A stretch of 64,000 nucleotides of DNA from Octopus sinensis. Its lineage: Eukaryota. The position numbers and the translations under genes are program-made. Location: assembly GCF_006345805.1 (NCBI RefSeq), contig NC_043003.1, forward strand, positions 113,956,001 through 114,020,000, read 5' to 3'. Positions within the stretch are counted from its first letter, which is position 1. Each line of letters begins with the position of its first letter. Below are positions 40,163 to 54,353 of the stretch, in pieces. The notes beneath the pieces were generated by a model. The model was not told where the DNA came from. It made no database searches and saw nothing but the letters and a program-made list of their open reading frames with translations.

Positions 40163-40545
40163 GGCGCATGCGTTGCTGTATGGTAAGAGGCTTGTTTCCC
40201 AACCACATGGTTCCGGGTTCAGTCCCACCGCGTGGCACCTTGGGCATATGTCTACTATAGCCTCGGGCCGACCAAAGCCTTGTGAGTGGATTTGGCAGAC
40301 GGAAACTGAAAGAAGCACGTCGTATATATGTATATATGTGTGTGTGTGTCTGTGTTTGTCGCTCCACCATCACTTGAAACCGATGTTGGTGTACTTACGT
40401 TCCGGTAATCTAGCGGTTCGACAAAAGGGATCGATAGAGTACTAGACTTACATAGAACGAGTCCTGGGGTCGATTTCTTCGACTAAAGACGGTGCTCCAG
40501 TATGGCCACAGTCACACGACTGAAACAAGTAAAAGAATAAAAGAA
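40163..40545 (+). mobile_element. tRNA-derived SINE family B
   Basis: Diverged full-length copy. Confidence 0.9.
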
Positions 40546-41804
40546 AAGAATATACACACTTATGTACATTGAAAAAGACAGGAAGGTCACGGCTGGAATA
40601 GTTTCCATCGTAAGTTCGTTGATTTGGGACAGACCATAATGCTAAGAAGAACGGCATGAAACTCAACGTCCCAGAAATAACACCCATTTCTCCTCAGATC
40701 ACTCCATATCATAAATAATGACGCGTTTAGATGATACTGTATAAAGTATATTATATCTGGAATGACAGAATGTGCATGTTTAGGAGGCTTTTAATCTTCA
40801 GCTCTGTTCAATGAGGGCTCATTGGGAGTTATGAAGGACAAACAGCAACTTGCAGTGGTGTCACAGGGCCTGCCAACGCCATGCATACAGTCTATCTCTT
40901 TACAATCAGCAAGACACCTGACCCACAAATCTTAGTAAAACTTATTTCTCTACGTTGGGAGAAGTAAGACATCTGTGCTTGTAGTCTTCCAAAAATGTAT
41001 GTTTTCTGCTCAGATGGGACAAAATGATAGTGACCAGTATTTGGAAGCGGATTTGTCATTAAAGAAATATTTGCTAAAGATGTTTGTTCAGTTTCTCATG
41101 TACAACGATAACCAGATATCATTATTTAGAAATAACACCATACATTTCTAGTTCTTATTCCTCTCCACTCCCAACTGATATCTCTTTCACCTTTGGCCCC
41201 ACACACCAAAATGATGCAACGTTAGACTTTCTGAGAAGATTGAATGTTTTGTTTATAGTTAAAAAAAAAACTGGGTAGCGCAAGTTACTGAGAACAAAAA
41301 AGGAAAATGACTCCTCTCAGCCAATTTCTCCTTACTTTGTCCCACTTCTTTCAAGGCTTCTGAGTTCTCAGATTTAAACATTGTCACGTCTCCTTATCAA
41401 CATTTTAATGTGTACAGAACATGGCGGCCCTTTATCCCAATCCCTTCTACATTTTATCAGCCAACGTATGAAGTGATGTGAAATAGATTTACTTTGAAGC
41501 ATAATTTAAGCTGAAGCCCATAAGATAACTTCATGAAGAAATGTCCAACAGCAAAACCTCCTTAGACTCTGTGCATCGGGTGTACGACCAATTCATAAAC
41601 TTTCCTCGTGCAGGAGGTAAAATTGCTTTGGAAAATAACCATCTTCATTTTATTAGTTCATTACCGAACACTACACATATTATATTATAATAGACTAACT
41701 TACATTAAGCATGCTTAGTTTTCTACGAAAAATTGAGTTTAGATCCAATCACAAATGCACATGCGTGCACGTACTCATATACGAATGCATGCACACACAT
41801 CATA

Positions 41805-41850
<46 letters not shown>

Positions 41851-42679
41851 CTCATACTTGCACGTCTGTCCATCAATGGTCACACTGATATAAGCCCTAC
41901 CCCCATCCCTATTTAGGAATCTGATATTATGCGATATTTTCTGTTACCCGTTGTTATGTTAATTAGGTTTTCAAGATTCTTGATGCGATTTCGTATATTG
42001 AAGCATATTTTGTTGTATTTCGGCTGGGATATTAGATCAATAATAGATTAGACAGACTTAGACCAGACCTTGGACAGAGAGGAACCGGTCATCGATGAAG
42101 TGGTGAATGGTGACGAAAGGACAAACTTAAATGATGATTGATTGAACGATAATGAAACACGTGACGAGTTAATTGGTCACATAATTAACGAAGAGATGAG
42201 TAAAATATTAAGTGAAAAAGAATCTGCGTGTGATTATTATTTCCATTTTCCTTTTTTCAATTTCAAAGAAAGAAAATCAAAATTCTCCTTCCAGTTTCTT
42301 CAAACCAATGTAGAATGCAATGGAAGTCGCTTATTTTGATCGTTTTGAGACACGGCCTTTTCAATTAAAATTAGCGGTTGAAGGCAACATTTTTGATTAT
42401 AATAAAAGACTTACGCTGTGTCTCTTGTGTATAGATGCGGACAAGGCTGAAGGTTTTTGGCGGAATCCTGTCTGGAGATTGTTTCAGTTGGACTGTTCCT
42501 CTTCCAGTCGTTGCAAGAATGGTTTTAACAATTGTCTGCTTCCCAAAAATATGTCCCATCACCATCGCATATACGAATCCATATAGTGTCATTGCGTGTT
42601 TGGTCGATCTGCTAGATATAACAGCTAAATTTTCTTCAAAATGTTACTCTAATGTCTAAAAACAAAACACCGTGATTTA

Positions 42680-42860
42680 TATAGACTTGTTTTGTTTTGC
42701 ACGTTTCAGTCATTGGACGTTGGCCATGCTGGGGCACTGCCTTGAACGGTTCAGTCGAATGAATCGACCCCAACACTTATCCCATCAATTATTTTTGCTG
42801 AACCACTAAGTTACGGGAACAAACCAATGTCCGTTGTCAAGCGGAGTTAGGAAACAAACA
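42680..42860 (-). mobile_element. SINE family B 3' fragment
   Basis: gtttcagtcatt..ggccatgctggggcactgcc..tcgacccc..gctgaaccactaag. Confidence 0.7.
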
Positions 42861-43388
42861 CAAACATGAACGAACACACACACACACACACACGAACTCG
42901 AAACCACAAGACTGGGAAGCAAGCTTCTTACTACAAAGCCGTTTGTAAAAGACAGGCTGGTCATCTCTGGAACGCCTTTGTTCTTAAAGCTGTTCAAGTC
43001 TGACCTATAATTACAACGACATTTACTATTGCCTCTTCATCACCACCACTATTCCCTCGTCACCATCCCCACTAGTTCCCCCCCCCATATAACTCCGCCC
43101 CCTCCCCGACCCCGGGTGACCAAACCGACAACTTCCTGAGGAAAGGATGTTTGTCGAGTTATAAACAACTTCATCAAGTCAACAGCACAAATCTTTTAAC
43201 AGATTGTTATTTATCTCAACCAAACCAGTTGCCCTCTCTCCCTCTCTCGACCTTTGGCTATTAAAACAACAACTAGGAAATTAGAAATTCATAATAAAAA
43301 CAGTATCGCACATATCTGCGAAGTGGTTAACAAGGAACAACCCTTCCAACACAAAAAAATTTTAGAATTTAGCCCATCATCCTGAAAA

Positions 43389-43430
<42 letters not shown>

Positions 43431-43616
43431 GCGTGTGCGTGTGTGTGATTATGTGTGTGTGTGTAAATATCTTAACTCTGTAAACGATGTTACAATGTTT
43501 AGACTATTTCTTTGGATTTCAAATTTTTGGAATAAATTCAATTCATAAAATGAAATCATTTCTTCACGACGAAATGACATCAAAGATTTAGAGGGAGGGA
43601 GGGAGGGAGGGATAGG

Positions 43617-43655
<39 letters not shown>

Positions 43656-44179
43656 AGTGAAGGAGGGAGGGAGAGGTGGAACATTTATCACTTTCCCGCC
43701 TTCGTTCCGTGTGAAAACATACACACACACATAGAATTTATGCATACGCATTAGTATTTAAATCGGTAAAATATATCATGTGATCGACCAGACTATCAGA
43801 TGTTATATATCGCTGTTCACAATGCGCTTTGCACCGGTTTAGTTTTCGACTGTTGCGAATATTGCGAGTTATGTGTAAATATGTAACTAAACAAATTGAT
43901 AAATAACTGGATTACTGAATAAAGAAAATAACGTATAACAAATAGATAGCCGCTGCTGCTGCTGCTACTACTACTAAAAATAATAATAGATGATAGTAAA
44001 AGCGAAAATGTCTACATGAAAACAAACTATATGTGATGCATCTGCAAACCTACTCTTGAACAAGTACAAACCCTCAGGTAGCTTATGTCTGTAATTACGT
44101 GGTCCGATCAATAAGTTTACGGACTGTTGCCATAGTAACGAAGCTATTGCGCGTAGAGTGAAGCTGCTTGGCACAGATT

Positions 44180-44370
44180 GACCTTGAAGACTATGGAGTT
44201 TACGAAAGAAACAAAAGACGAAGACAGGTGGTGTACAAAACAAACAGATGTATTAGTATAACGCTCAGGAATAGAAAAAGTCTTTTACGTTTCGAGCCTA
44301 CGCTCTTCTACAGAAAGGAACACAGAAAAAAACAAGGAGAGAAACAAGGAGAGAAAAAAAATGTATGTAG
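44180..44370 (-). mobile_element. Family H repeat, copy 2
   Basis: Near-identical to 24465-24605. Confidence 0.85.
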
Positions 44371-44581
44371 TGGCTAACGATCTATCATGACATATGTGGA
44401 TGTATGTATTAGTAAATGTACGCCTGCCTTAATACAGAAATCTGTCCACCCTTAAATACACGCATACAAATACCCAGGTAGTCTTATCGTTCGTCTCTAG
44501 ATTTAGGTGAACTTATAGGTTCGTCTGGTTACGTATCGTCACATAATTTCTATGTCAACCTTTAAACTCAAGCACCTACAC

Positions 44582-44782
44582 CAGTGGTTTTCAACCAGGG
44601 TTCCGCCAGTACAGTCCAGGGGTTCCGCAAGAAGTTACAAAACTGCTAAAATCGGCAGTAATTTTTAATTCTCCTGTGCAGATATGTGTGCATAAAACTA
44701 TTAAATTATTGCACAGGGGTTCCTCGAGCCAGTGGAATGTTTCCTTGGGGTTCCGCTCCAGCAAAAAGGTTGAAAAGCACTG
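44582..44782. mobile_element. hAT-type MITE (201 bp)
   Basis: TIR cagtggttttcaacc / ggttgaaaagcactg (14/15); 8-bp TSD acctacac (44574-44581 and 44783-44790). CAGTG ends are typical of hAT elements. Confidence 0.92.
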
Positions 44783-45164
44783 ACCTACACAAACAGAGGC
44801 GTATGGTCGCTCCTAAATTAAAAGTAAGACACATACTTCACTAAGCAAGAACATAATCTCAATGAGGATTCTTCTAAAGAATTTTAGGTGCAAAAATGAC
44901 TCCAGTTCCGGCTTCACTGTCTCGTTTAAGTAAAGTTACAACTTAGGACTGCGGAAATAATTTCAATGTGGTTCTGAATGAATTATTTTACCCAAATTTA
45001 ATCTACACGAGACCAATAATTATGAATATATTTTGGAACTATCCGAACAACATAAGAGAAAATTGGTTAATTATCACATTGAAATTATTTCAGTTGTCAG
45101 GTAAGGATTACCTGAGAATAATTAGCAGGATTAGACCTGGGCGTATTACTTGATATCATCTACC

Positions 45165-45566
45165 GGATCTTTTCGGTTTGAACGGCAGTTTTTAACATAA
45201 TTTCTAGGTAACTAAAAAATTTAAAACTTCGTATACTGGTAGAATCTGATTATAAAACATCTTTTTCTCTTGGCTTTATTGAGAAAATTCTATAGTTTAT
45301 AAGATATTTGTTGTTCTTTTCTTCAATTTCTGCAATTTCAACCAATCACTGACGTCCATTGAGGTAAACAACATTCTGTCCCTTGTTTAAAAAACAAATT
45401 GCGTTTATTTACATTTGTGAAGAAAAAAAGATACCCTTCCCCCACTCCTAACCAACCCTAACCCTAAAATAGATTGAAATACAATAGATCGATACTAGGG
45501 CCATAATTATGAGTGACAATCTCATATGACACCGCTAGAAAACTGCCGTTCAAACCGAAAAGATCC
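45165..45566 (-). mobile_element. Merlin-like MITE, copy 4
   Basis: TIRs present; 8-bp TSD catctacc. Confidence 0.93.
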
Positions 45567-45899
45567 CATCTACCATTTAAGATAGAAGTGTCAACATTAA
45601 AGCCAATACTTTTTTCTTTACTCAAGAAACATCGTTATTTTAAAATTGTTTAACCGGAACACTGTAAAAAAACCACATTCAGCCATTCATTTCGAAACCT
45701 GAAAAGACATAGGACAATACTTTCAGCATATGTCTGGAGCTTGAAAGATAAACATGTACATCTACTACGAAATCAAATGGATGACTTCCAAAGGTCAAAT
45801 CCTATAAATGGTATCAAAAGGCCTTGTAATTTATGTGCAACGGAAGCGACTGAAATAATATTTGGTAAGGTTCAATCTGTAATAGTAATTCCAGGCTCA

Positions 45900-46340
45900 T
45901 TTAAGCATGAAACTTGTAAGTTCTTTTTTAATTTTAATCGAAGTCGGATGTAGAGGGTTCGTTGGACACAGTGTGAGACGACTGTTATCGCTAGGCCTAA
46001 CTCATCGTAAAGTCAATACCACCATGACCGATATCCAATCTACAGTGGAGAAGGCTAGCCACTGGATTTGGTTAAAAAGAGACGATGAGCGATGGCTAGA
46101 AGATTATTGAGCTTTATTTGATAACCAGCTGATCTAGCAAGCGAGGCCTCATATCAGTGGTGCGCATTGATGCCGTTGAGAGGTAGGCCCCGAAACGGCG
46201 CGCATTCTCTCCTGATGACCCCATACACTTGCTGGCTTCCGGTATGCGGAGTTTTTGACTGGTAGCACTTGCATGTGCAAGTTGTTTGCAAGACATGTAG
46301 TGTGTCGGGCATATATATCTACGTGAATTGGGCACAAACT
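45900..46340 (+). mobile_element. 3' end of an RLE-type non-LTR element (Hero/NeSL-like)
   Basis: IEVGCRGFVGHSVRRLLSLGL..EKASHWIWLKRDDERW* resembles the EVGCRGF..AS.W.W.KR C-terminus of restriction-like endonuclease LINEs; a putative 3' UTR follows. Confidence 0.6.
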
Positions 46341-46974
46341 AAGACATTTACCAGTATTTCACTCCGACTCTTTTACCCAAATGAATGACACATTTTTTAT
46401 ATTTTTATAATAATTAGATACTTTCCAGATAATTAAGTTTAACTCTTCAGCATTAAACTGTCAAATGTAATACTTATTTTTTCACACTGTTTTGAATTAA
46501 TCATGCATTACCGCTTGGCTTTGTTTAATTTTAGAATGACATTGTTGGGTGGGTGTGAAAGATCAGAGCTGACCATTTTGAACATAAAACAGGCAGAATG
46601 CTTTGACTGGATACACGTCCTGCTTAAATGACAAAGGGTTAATGAAGTGAGGTGAAGAAAGCTCAACTTGAGTCAGTTTTGATCCTAAATTTTCTTTCTG
46701 TATTTTGCGGTTCACTATAGACCGAGTGTGCGCCTGTGTAAAGTGTCTGTTTTATGGTGTGGCAATACACATCCGCCTCTATTTGTGTGGATGTTTCAGG
46801 CTACATGTCAATATTTCATATTTATGATACGACCTAACTATATGAATACATTACAGCAGCATGTGTTTGCGTTAATATAGAAAACGGGTGATTAGCTTCT
46901 GTATATATGTGTATATATATATATATGTATTTATGTATGCATGAATTTCTGTTAAAGCAAACTTACACGCCGAT

Positions 46975-47135
46975 GTACACACAAACACACATGCACCACA
47001 CAGACACACACAAACACACATGCACCATACAGACACACACAAACACACATGCACCACACAGACACACACAAACACACACATGCACCACACAGACACACAC
47101 AAACACACATGCACCACACAGACACACACACAAGC
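46975..47135. repeat. ~30-bp CA-rich minisatellite (acacacaaacacacatgcaccacacagac)
   Basis: Directly visible. Confidence 0.88.
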
Positions 47136-49166
47136 GCGTGTGTAGTAATCATGGAGATAATGGTTATATTGTGTGAAAGCAGTTACAACAGCAACAACAA
47201 TAACAGTAATTATGTTTATAGAATGCTCCAGAATGGATGCATAGAGTGGTGGGTTTGTATATTATGTGATCGGGTGTGGTGTTCGTAGAAGTATGAATGG
47301 CACATATTTAGATTGTTGGGTAGATAGATAAATGGATGGATGGCCGATCTATCGATAAATAGATTACTAAAGAGGAAGATCGATTGATCGATAAAAGATC
47401 AATTGAGAGATGTGTGAGTGAAGGATTAAAGGAATTTATGAAAGAAAGACAAACTTGTTGAGATTAATCTCCTCAGAGGAGGAAAGGCAGGTCTATGGTC
47501 CTTTTTGAAGCGTCCCCGATTGGTTGGTGGAGTAGAGAAAGTTACCGTTATATGGGCGACTGGTCTAAATGGTTGCATCAGAATGGACTCTGCTAAAAGC
47601 CGAGTGGGTCCACGTGACTAGGTGAGACCTCTTAATAGGTCCTGTCTATCATTCAAATGTTAAAGCTGGAACCTATTCACAAGATAAACAAAAACGAATA
47701 TACAAATAGAATCACGAACAGAAACGAGGAAACATAAACAACATCAGAACCACGTACTGCTTCTCCGTCACTCCTCTCTTCCACTCCCTTTGCTCATACA
47801 CATGGGCTCAGACGTTCACACAAGAAAGATGATATGTATATACACTCACCCATTATCAGAACCACATATTTTACTTACTCTCTCTTTCTCACCTTTTCTC
47901 TCCGTCTCTCTCTCTCTCTTTCTCTCTGTCCATCTATCAGTCTCTCTCATTCTCCCCTCTTTCTCTTTGCCAGTCTCTCTCTCTGTCTCTTACACAAGCA
48001 TATGCGAATGCAGCTGCACTTGCATACACACACACACACACACACAAATATTAACACCTTACTACACACCAGCCGGCATCAATAACAACAACTTCGCCAT
48101 CGTCTCTGTGTCTGATCAAATTCCGCCATTGCTAGAATAGATTCTGAAAAGGACGACATGCTTGCTTGAACTAATGAGTTCCTATCAAAAGTGTGTTTCT
48201 TTGAGTCAACTCTCTTAACTAATCAGGAAGTGATAGGCCAACTCGAAGCGTTTCATCTTCAATCCATTTAGCATTGTTCTTGCGCTAGAACACAGCTACT
48301 TCATTAACGAATAAACTGTTAGGCATCGGTGGTGGTCGTGGGTGGGTGGGAGCGGCAGGTAGCTCTATGTTAAGTGAATGTGTGTGTATGTGTGTGTGTG
48401 TGATAGGCGTGTTTAGTTTGTACGTGGTGTGGGTATTTATATCTATGTGGCATGTTTGAATCTTTATATGTATGCGTGAGAGGTAGGCGTGTTGGCAGGC
48501 ATGCGGTAGATGTTTGTGGTATGTGTATTGGTATGTAGAAAGTATATATATATAAGTGTGTGTGTGTGTGTGTGGTGGAGTGTATGGGTGTGGTATGTGT
48601 GTAATGTGTTGCTTTCATCGACAAAATGAAAGGCAGGCAACTCACGCAACACACGCATGCTCACACACACATACAAATACCACCCCACACACATATACAC
48701 ATCTATCTATTTGTCTATACACATACGTACTTATATACATACCTACATATGTATATATATGTAGGTATGTATGTATATGTATGCGTGTCTATACATAAAT
48801 ATGTGTATACATGCATAAATTATAAATGTATGTATATATATATATACATATGTAATTCATATATATATATGTGTATGTAAATTACATATATACATTTGTG
48901 TGTATATATATATATATATATATACATGTGTATATATGTAATTTACACACGCGCGCGCGAATATATATTATTATACCTGTAAACTGATGTAAACAGGATA
49001 ACTGTGTGTATAGATGAGTGCGTGTGTATAATTTTTATACACACGCACTCATCTATACACACGTCCTTACACACACAACACTCGCAGCCAGTTGTGTGTC
49101 TGTATTGTGAAAGCTCTCCGTCACGCAGCTTAGGCAAGATTTATAATGATATTATTATTATTTATT

Positions 49167-51072
49167 GTCTTTGCACAGCTTCTAACGCTAGAGAGGTATT
49201 ACAGCGTCAGCTGTTCACTACCAGTGAACTAAGGTAACACCTCTTATTTTTCGAGCACCTTCCAGAGTATTCGAGCGGTTCCAAGCCATGCTGTTTACTG
49301 CAAGTGCTCCACTCTTATTGCAGACCCTATTTGTTCCATGTACTTGTCAAGATTTTTACTCACTGTTCCCAGGGCTTCGACAATTATTGGTACTACTACC
49401 ACCTTATTCATCGACCACTACTGCTTAATCTCCCAAGCTAACCTGTCATATCTATCGACTTTTCTCTCTTCCTTATCACATACCTCATTGCCAGCTGGGC
49501 ATGCTATATCTATGATCCAGCATAGTTTGTTTTCTTTCACAATTAAGACTATGTCCGGCTTCTTATTTTCTATCTCATGGTCGCACTGAATCATAAAATC
49601 TCATAGGATCTTGGCATTTCTATTTTCGATGATGTTTTCAGGTTTATGTTCGTACTAATTTTTGCTCTGTCGACTCAATTCTCGTTGCAAAGTGTCCAAT
49701 GGACAATCCTTGCCATATTGTTATGACGTCTCTTATATTCTTTCTAGGCTAGTGGCGTACATTGACTGATATGCCATACGGTTTTACCATTTTGTCAACA
49801 AATTCTGCACTTATCACTTTCTGATGTGTTGTATACTCTGTATTTGATGTAATTGGTTCTAAATGCTTGCTCGTGGGGAGCACAGATTAAAGCCTCCGTT
49901 TCCGGTTTTAAATCACTTTTAGTTATCCATATCTATCGTTTTTCTCTGTCTGTCTTATCTTCAACATCCCCATGAAATTGTCAATGCATTCTTTTCTTTA
50001 TCCACCTATTTTCAGTTTCATTCATTCTCAATTGTTTGTACAATTCTTTATCTTTGCAATCTTCCATCCAACACAAGCTTAATCTTACTTTCAATAATAG
50101 CGGTTCTGTGGCATTTATTACATACCATGTTATGTTGTTTTCTTTTGGTCTAATGCTGTGTTCGCATCCAATCAGTCCTGTCCCCTCTTTTCCATGCTAC
50201 ATACAGTCAGTGTCACTTTTTGAGTGGAGTATCCCATATCTAGTTAGCAACTTCTTTGTGTTTCTAAGTTGTTTAGATTGTCTACTGTCCATACGATTAT
50301 CCCTACTCCATATCTAAGGAGAGAAACCGTCTAGGTGTTGATAGCTTCAATTTTCTTCCGTCCATTTAATTTCGACTTAAAGATCCGTCTTAGTCTGCGC
50401 AAGTATTCCACCTTAAATTTTCCTGTCATTTCTTTTGCAATCAATTTATCCATTTCCCATATCCCCAAGAACTTATAGCCCGTCTCTTCTATCTGCTTCA
50501 TAACCTCCCCAGACGGTATCGTTAACCGTCCATACATTTGATTTTGCCTCTCTTCAAGACTCGCACACCACGATTCTTCAGTCCGAACTCCATTCTGCTA
50601 TCAGTACTGGAAGTATACACCATATCAATGAGGGAACTGACTTGGGATTCATCTTTACTGTTAAGTTTGGGGTCATCCATGAATAACAAGTGGTCGAAAT
50701 TTTGTTAGTGGCTTTTGAATACATACCCAGCCTCTGCTTTCCTCAGAATCAGCGTTACTGATACCATAGACAGTACAAAGAAGAGTGGGGACTGGAAGTC
50801 CCATAAGAAGATGCCTCTCCTCATTTTTTTTGTCCCTAAAGTCTTCCATATGCTGTCCGTTCCGTCTTCCAATTCGCCATACTTTTTCCAAGCAATCGCT
50901 CAACATTCGATGCAATACCAAACAGGTTCATACACTCCATAATCCAAGATTGTGGGATCATATCGTACGCCTTACAATAATCGATACATGACATGGCTAA
51001 GCTAGTTTTCCTCCACTTACAATCTCTAACTACAGTTTTGTACACCAGGTGTAGAATCTTGGTACCTCTGCA
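49167..51072 (-). mobile_element. 5'-truncated, degenerate Dong/R4-clade LINE (RT, CCHC knuckle, RLE)
   Basis: RT: ..IDYCKAYDMIPQSWIMECMNLFGIASNVERLL..; ..TGYKFLGIWEMD..EYLRRLRRIFKSKLNGRKKIEAINT. Knuckle: CRIC..WHI..C..EYKRRHNNMARIVHW. RLE: KKPDIVLI..IIDIACP..LGTARILWKVLE. It has many stops and frameshifts. Confidence 0.9.
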
Positions 51073-51302
51073 TTTATTATTATTATCATTATTATTGTTA
51101 TCATTATTATTGCTATCATTATTATTGTTATTATCATTATTATTGTTATTATCATTATTATTGTTATTATTATCATTATTATTGTTATCATTATTATTGT
51201 TATTATTATCATTATTATTGTTATCATTATCATTATTATTATTATCATTATTATTGTTATCATTATCATTATTATTGTTATCATTGTTATCATTATTATT
51301 AT
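51073..51302. repeat. (ATT/ATC/GTT)n microsatellite
   Basis: Directly visible. Confidence 0.95.
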
Positions 51303-52532
51303 CGTGTGCATGTGCACATGTATACATGTGCATGTATGAATGAATGTGTGTGCGTATTTTGAAATCGAAGATTTCAGCCAAACTCTCTCCTATGGACTCG
51401 CAATCACCTGGAAGCGTCTGAAACCTGTCGGATTTGTGAACAGTGGAGCAACAACGATTTCGATGGTGATCAAGGCGCAGTGAATTTAACGGCAAGGAGT
51501 ACGAGACACGAACGTGAAAGTTGACCCGGACAAAGACAGTTGGGGGTTGTGATACCAGTTTCAATGAGGACGATGACGACGGAACTACAGCTCACCGTTG
51601 CAGACATGAGTAACATTTCCAACAGAGGCGCAAGCTGAGGGTTGTGGGAGGGGCGGAACACCAGCACTTCATTGGAACATAATTTCATGAGAACATAAAG
51701 AGACGGAACATAGTACACAAGACACGTGTGTCCGATGCTCTAACGATTCTGCCACTCCTCTTTATCATTGGCACCTGGTTACAAATATTAGCTCGAAGTG
51801 TTCAGTTGATGCGATTATCTCTGCTAATCTTTGCTTTATGGGTTCTGGCTGGATCGAGGTATTGGGCTCCAAACGGATTTTGATCTCACAACACACAGTG
51901 ATGTAAGCGAATACCACAAAGCTTTTACTTCGGGCTTTTATCGTTGCTGATAACTCCATCAAGAATCCTAATCGCATTTTCCATTTAAGTGTCATTTATC
52001 TTTCCGGAGGATAATATCTCCACATTTAAATGTCTATCTCTACCATCTGTTACATCCTCCACTGCTACACGTGAAAGGAAATTATATTAGACTCAATCAA
52101 ACATAATCAGATGGAGACTTATTAGTGCCTTTCATATACGAACATTGCATTTTGTTTTCTACGTAAATACATACACACATACATACATACATACATACAT
52201 ACATGCAGAGACCTATATATATTTTTTATATAGAGAGGTTCGCGCAAACACACACACACACACGCACGTCTATAAATATTAGGTTGATGTGAAAGTTCAG
52301 AGGCGACTGACGTCCTTCGATACTGATTTTTTTTCCTTTTTTTTTTTTTCGCAACTGTTTCCGTAAACTGATCTTCTGCTTGCAATTATTTAGTTATCCA
52401 TTTTATTCTTATCTCTTTGTATTTCTCATCATTCATGTTATGCTTAGCTAGATAGGTAACTGTTTATATACACATATATGCGTGTGTGTGTATATATGTA
52501 TACATATGTATGTATCTGTGTGTCTGTCTCTC

Positions 52533-52626
<94 letters not shown>

Positions 52627-52646
52627 TACATACATACATACACATG

Positions 52647-53642
52647 CAGGGGTTGGACAAAATAATGGAAACACGTTGCATCATAATTTTGAAATATCTA
52701 TAAAACCAAAGCTTGTTTATTTTGTTTTTTGATTTATAATTAATGTTGCTTAATATGTTTTGCTAAAATGGCTGTTTCTTTTTAGATGTCACCAGAAAAA
52801 GGTTATTAAAATTCCTTAAAATGACAGATCTATCGGACTTTCAAAGAGGTCGAATTGCTTGTGTTTTTGTACGGTAGGCGCTGGCGTAATGAAAACAGCC
52901 GAAAAGTTTGGTGTATCAAAAGTACTGTCTCGAAAGTAATGACAGTCTTTGAGAAAGAGGGAAAAACCTCCTCGTCGAAACAAAACTCCAGAAGAAAACC
53001 AAAAGTTTTAGATAGGGACCGTCGGACTTTAACGCGAATTGTTAGAAAGGACCACAAAATTACAGATCCCAGAATTACTGCAGAGTTTAATGACCACCTC
53101 GAGAACACAGTTTCCGCAAAAATTGTTCGACAGCAGCTTCACAAAGCCAGATTTCACTGGAGGGCTGCAATCAGAAAACCACTACTTTAAAAACAAACAT
53201 TGCAAAGCGTTCAAAGTGGAGTAAAAACCTACTGAATTGGTCCCTAGAGAAGTGGAAGAATGTTATTTTCTCGGACGAGTTATCCTTTACCTTATTTCCA
53301 ACCACCGGCCAAGTTGTTACTGAATGGCACGAGGAGCATTCTAGTGAAGTTGAACATCTTATCTAGCTACCACAGTCCCCAGATCTCAATATTATTGAAC
53401 ATTTATGGTACAGTTTAGAAAAACAAGTAAGGAGTCAATATCCTCAAACATCATCACTACAAGAACCGGAGACTGTTTTAGATGAAGAATGGAAAAACCT
53501 CCTTTGGAAACAATTCAAACTTTGCACGAGTCCATAGCTCCTAGAAGTCAAGCTGTAATTACAGCCAAAGGTGGTCCTACCCTATATTGAATTAAATTTG
53601 TTTGAAATTTTAAGGAATTTCCATTCTTTTGTCCAACCCCTG
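52647..53642 (+). mobile_element. Tc1-family element with both TIRs and an internally deleted transposase
   Basis: TIR caggggttggacaaaa(t/g)aatggaaa at both ends; right flank TA, left TG. ATG 52821 MTDLSDFQRG..SKSTVSKVM..RKPLL..WKNVIFSDE..[deletion]..PQSPDLNIIEHLW..KGGPTLY. Confidence 0.95.
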
Positions 53643-53670
53643 TATGTGTGTGTGTGCGTGTGTATATATA

Positions 53671-54003
53671 GGCGCAGGAGAGGCTGTGTGGTAAGTATCT
53701 TGCTTACGAACCACATGGTTTCGGGTTCAGTCCCACTGCGTGGCATCTTGGGCAAGTGTCTTCTACTATAGCCTCGGGCCGACCAAAGCCTTGTGAGTGG
53801 ATTTGGTAGACGGAAACTGAAAGAAGCCTGTCGTATATATGTGTGTGTCTATGTTTGTCCCCCTAGCATAGCTTGACAATCGATGCTGGTGTGTTTATGT
53901 CTCCGTCACGTAGCGGTTCGGCAAAAGAGACCGATAGATTAAGTACTAGGCTTACAAAGAATAAGTCCCGGGGTCGATTTTAAACAAGTAAAAGATTAAA
54001 GAG
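53671..54003 (+). mobile_element. tRNA-derived SINE family B (tail partly deleted)
   Basis: ggcgcaggagaggctgtgtggtaag..ccggggtcgattttaaacaagtaaaag. Confidence 0.93.
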
Positions 54004-54151
54004 TATATATATATGTGTGTGTGTACACAACTGTATTGGAATTTTGTGTATATACACATATATTGGAATTTTTTCTGATTTTGATATGCTAGGCTACTGG
54101 TTTTAAATTGATATTAATTAAATTAGTATTCAATTTATCTCCCTCATTATT

Positions 54152-54207
<56 letters not shown>

Positions 54208-54353
54208 GTAAAGTATAGAAGCCATCTTATCATGGCTAACCACATTGGGGAGGGGTGTTACTGTAGCTTTATAGCCTCAAGAGATCTATAAAGCTACAGT
54301 AACACCCCCTCCCCAATGTGGTTAGCCATGATAAGATAGCTTCTATACTTTAC
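54208..54353. mobile_element. Foldback mini-element: 67/68-bp inverted arms with an 11-bp spacer, next to (TA)n
   Basis: 54208-54274 is the reverse complement of 54286-54353 with 1 mismatch and 1 indel. Confidence 0.88.

Noticed and set aside
42070-42339. Acidic ORF (..DNETRDELIGHIINEEMSKILSEKE..)
   Set aside because: It is short, interrupted by a stop and has no recognisable motif or splice support.
46160-46225. CGAAAC...CTGATGA in the Hero-like 3' UTR as a type II hammerhead
   Set aside because: Stem II halves (cccc/cccc) cannot pair and there is no valid stem III or stem I.
50836-51564. 242-aa ORF as an intact gene
   Set aside because: It is a chance fusion of unique sequence, an (AAT)n poly-Asn tract and the truncated LINE RT.
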